NCBI RefSeq assembly: GCF_006345805.1
Contig: NW_021831678.1
Coordinates: 1-34,644, forward strand
DNA length: 34,644 nt
Direction of reading: 5' to 3'
From: Octopus sinensis
Lineage: Eukaryota
Shown here: one piece after another, positions 34,202 through 34,644 of the stretch
Numbering within the stretch: the first letter of the stretch is position 1
Layout: each line of letters begins with the position of its first letter
Program-made: the position numbers and the translations under genes
Notes under the pieces: model-generated
The model's database searches: none
Told to the model about the DNA's origin: nothing
Seen by the model: the letters and a program-made list of their open reading frames with translations, nothing else

Positions 34202-34250
34202 CTCGACTGAGGAGGAATAAACTAGCTCGAAACCAAATCGGTCTCGCGAG
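34202..34250 (+). ncRNA. Second type I hammerhead ribozyme candidate, weak stems
   Basis: CGA-CTGAGGA-G...C-GAAA-CC aaatc GG-TC-TCG; all core nucleotides present, stem I 3 bp (extendable with a bulge), stem II 2 bp. Confidence 0.55.
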
Positions 34251-34644
34251 CCTGGAGGGTGGTATATGTTCGCTCCCCTGTTGGTCATATATATGTACAG
34301 TGTGCACGTTGCACCTATGAGCATCTGGTGGAAGAACTGCCTGTAATTAAACTACTAGTAACACTGAACAGCCATATTGATGTGGTCATTAACTTTACAT
34401 GTTTATATCTATCTTTCTATCTATGTATATTGTGTGAGTGAACTAGTGACTGATGAAGACCCACTAAATCGGAACAAACGTATTCCGAGTGAAAGTAGTT
34501 TCTACAATTATATTTTGAACTGAGAAAATGATGCATAGCATAGGAGACGTATTTTAGCTCAATCAGTTATAGAACCATTGACCTAAGGGAAATTGAGACG
34601 ACTAGAAACTAGCAGAACTTGAATTTTTGTTTTTTTATAATCCA

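Overview
AT-rich, repeat-dominated eukaryotic genomic DNA. I infer a coleoid cephalopod (Octopus-like) from the SINE families and microsatellite load. No host gene can be called confidently; there is one low-confidence exon candidate. The window holds about 25 tRNA-derived SINE copies in four families (my labels A-D) and a near full-length but frameshifted APE-RT LINE (about 23.3-27.3 kb). It also has a full-length dead mariner (DD34D), CR1, Tx1/L1 and RTE fragments, a piggyBac-type MITE, a Helentron/DINE-like element, a foldback element with a telomere-like core, and many microsatellites. Most ORF-track entries are microsatellite artefacts. Main observations: (1) an intact type I hammerhead ribozyme fold at 33430-33536, a second candidate at 34202-34250, and several decayed ones in short non-coding elements between (TA)n tracts (Penelope/retrozyme-like); (2) a LINE ORF1 with a Myb/SANT (trihelix)-like domain plus a CCCH finger, behind a 17-copy AT-rich array; (3) SINE family B shares its 3' terminal hairpin with this LINE, with stem pairing preserved, pointing to a SINE-LINE partnership.
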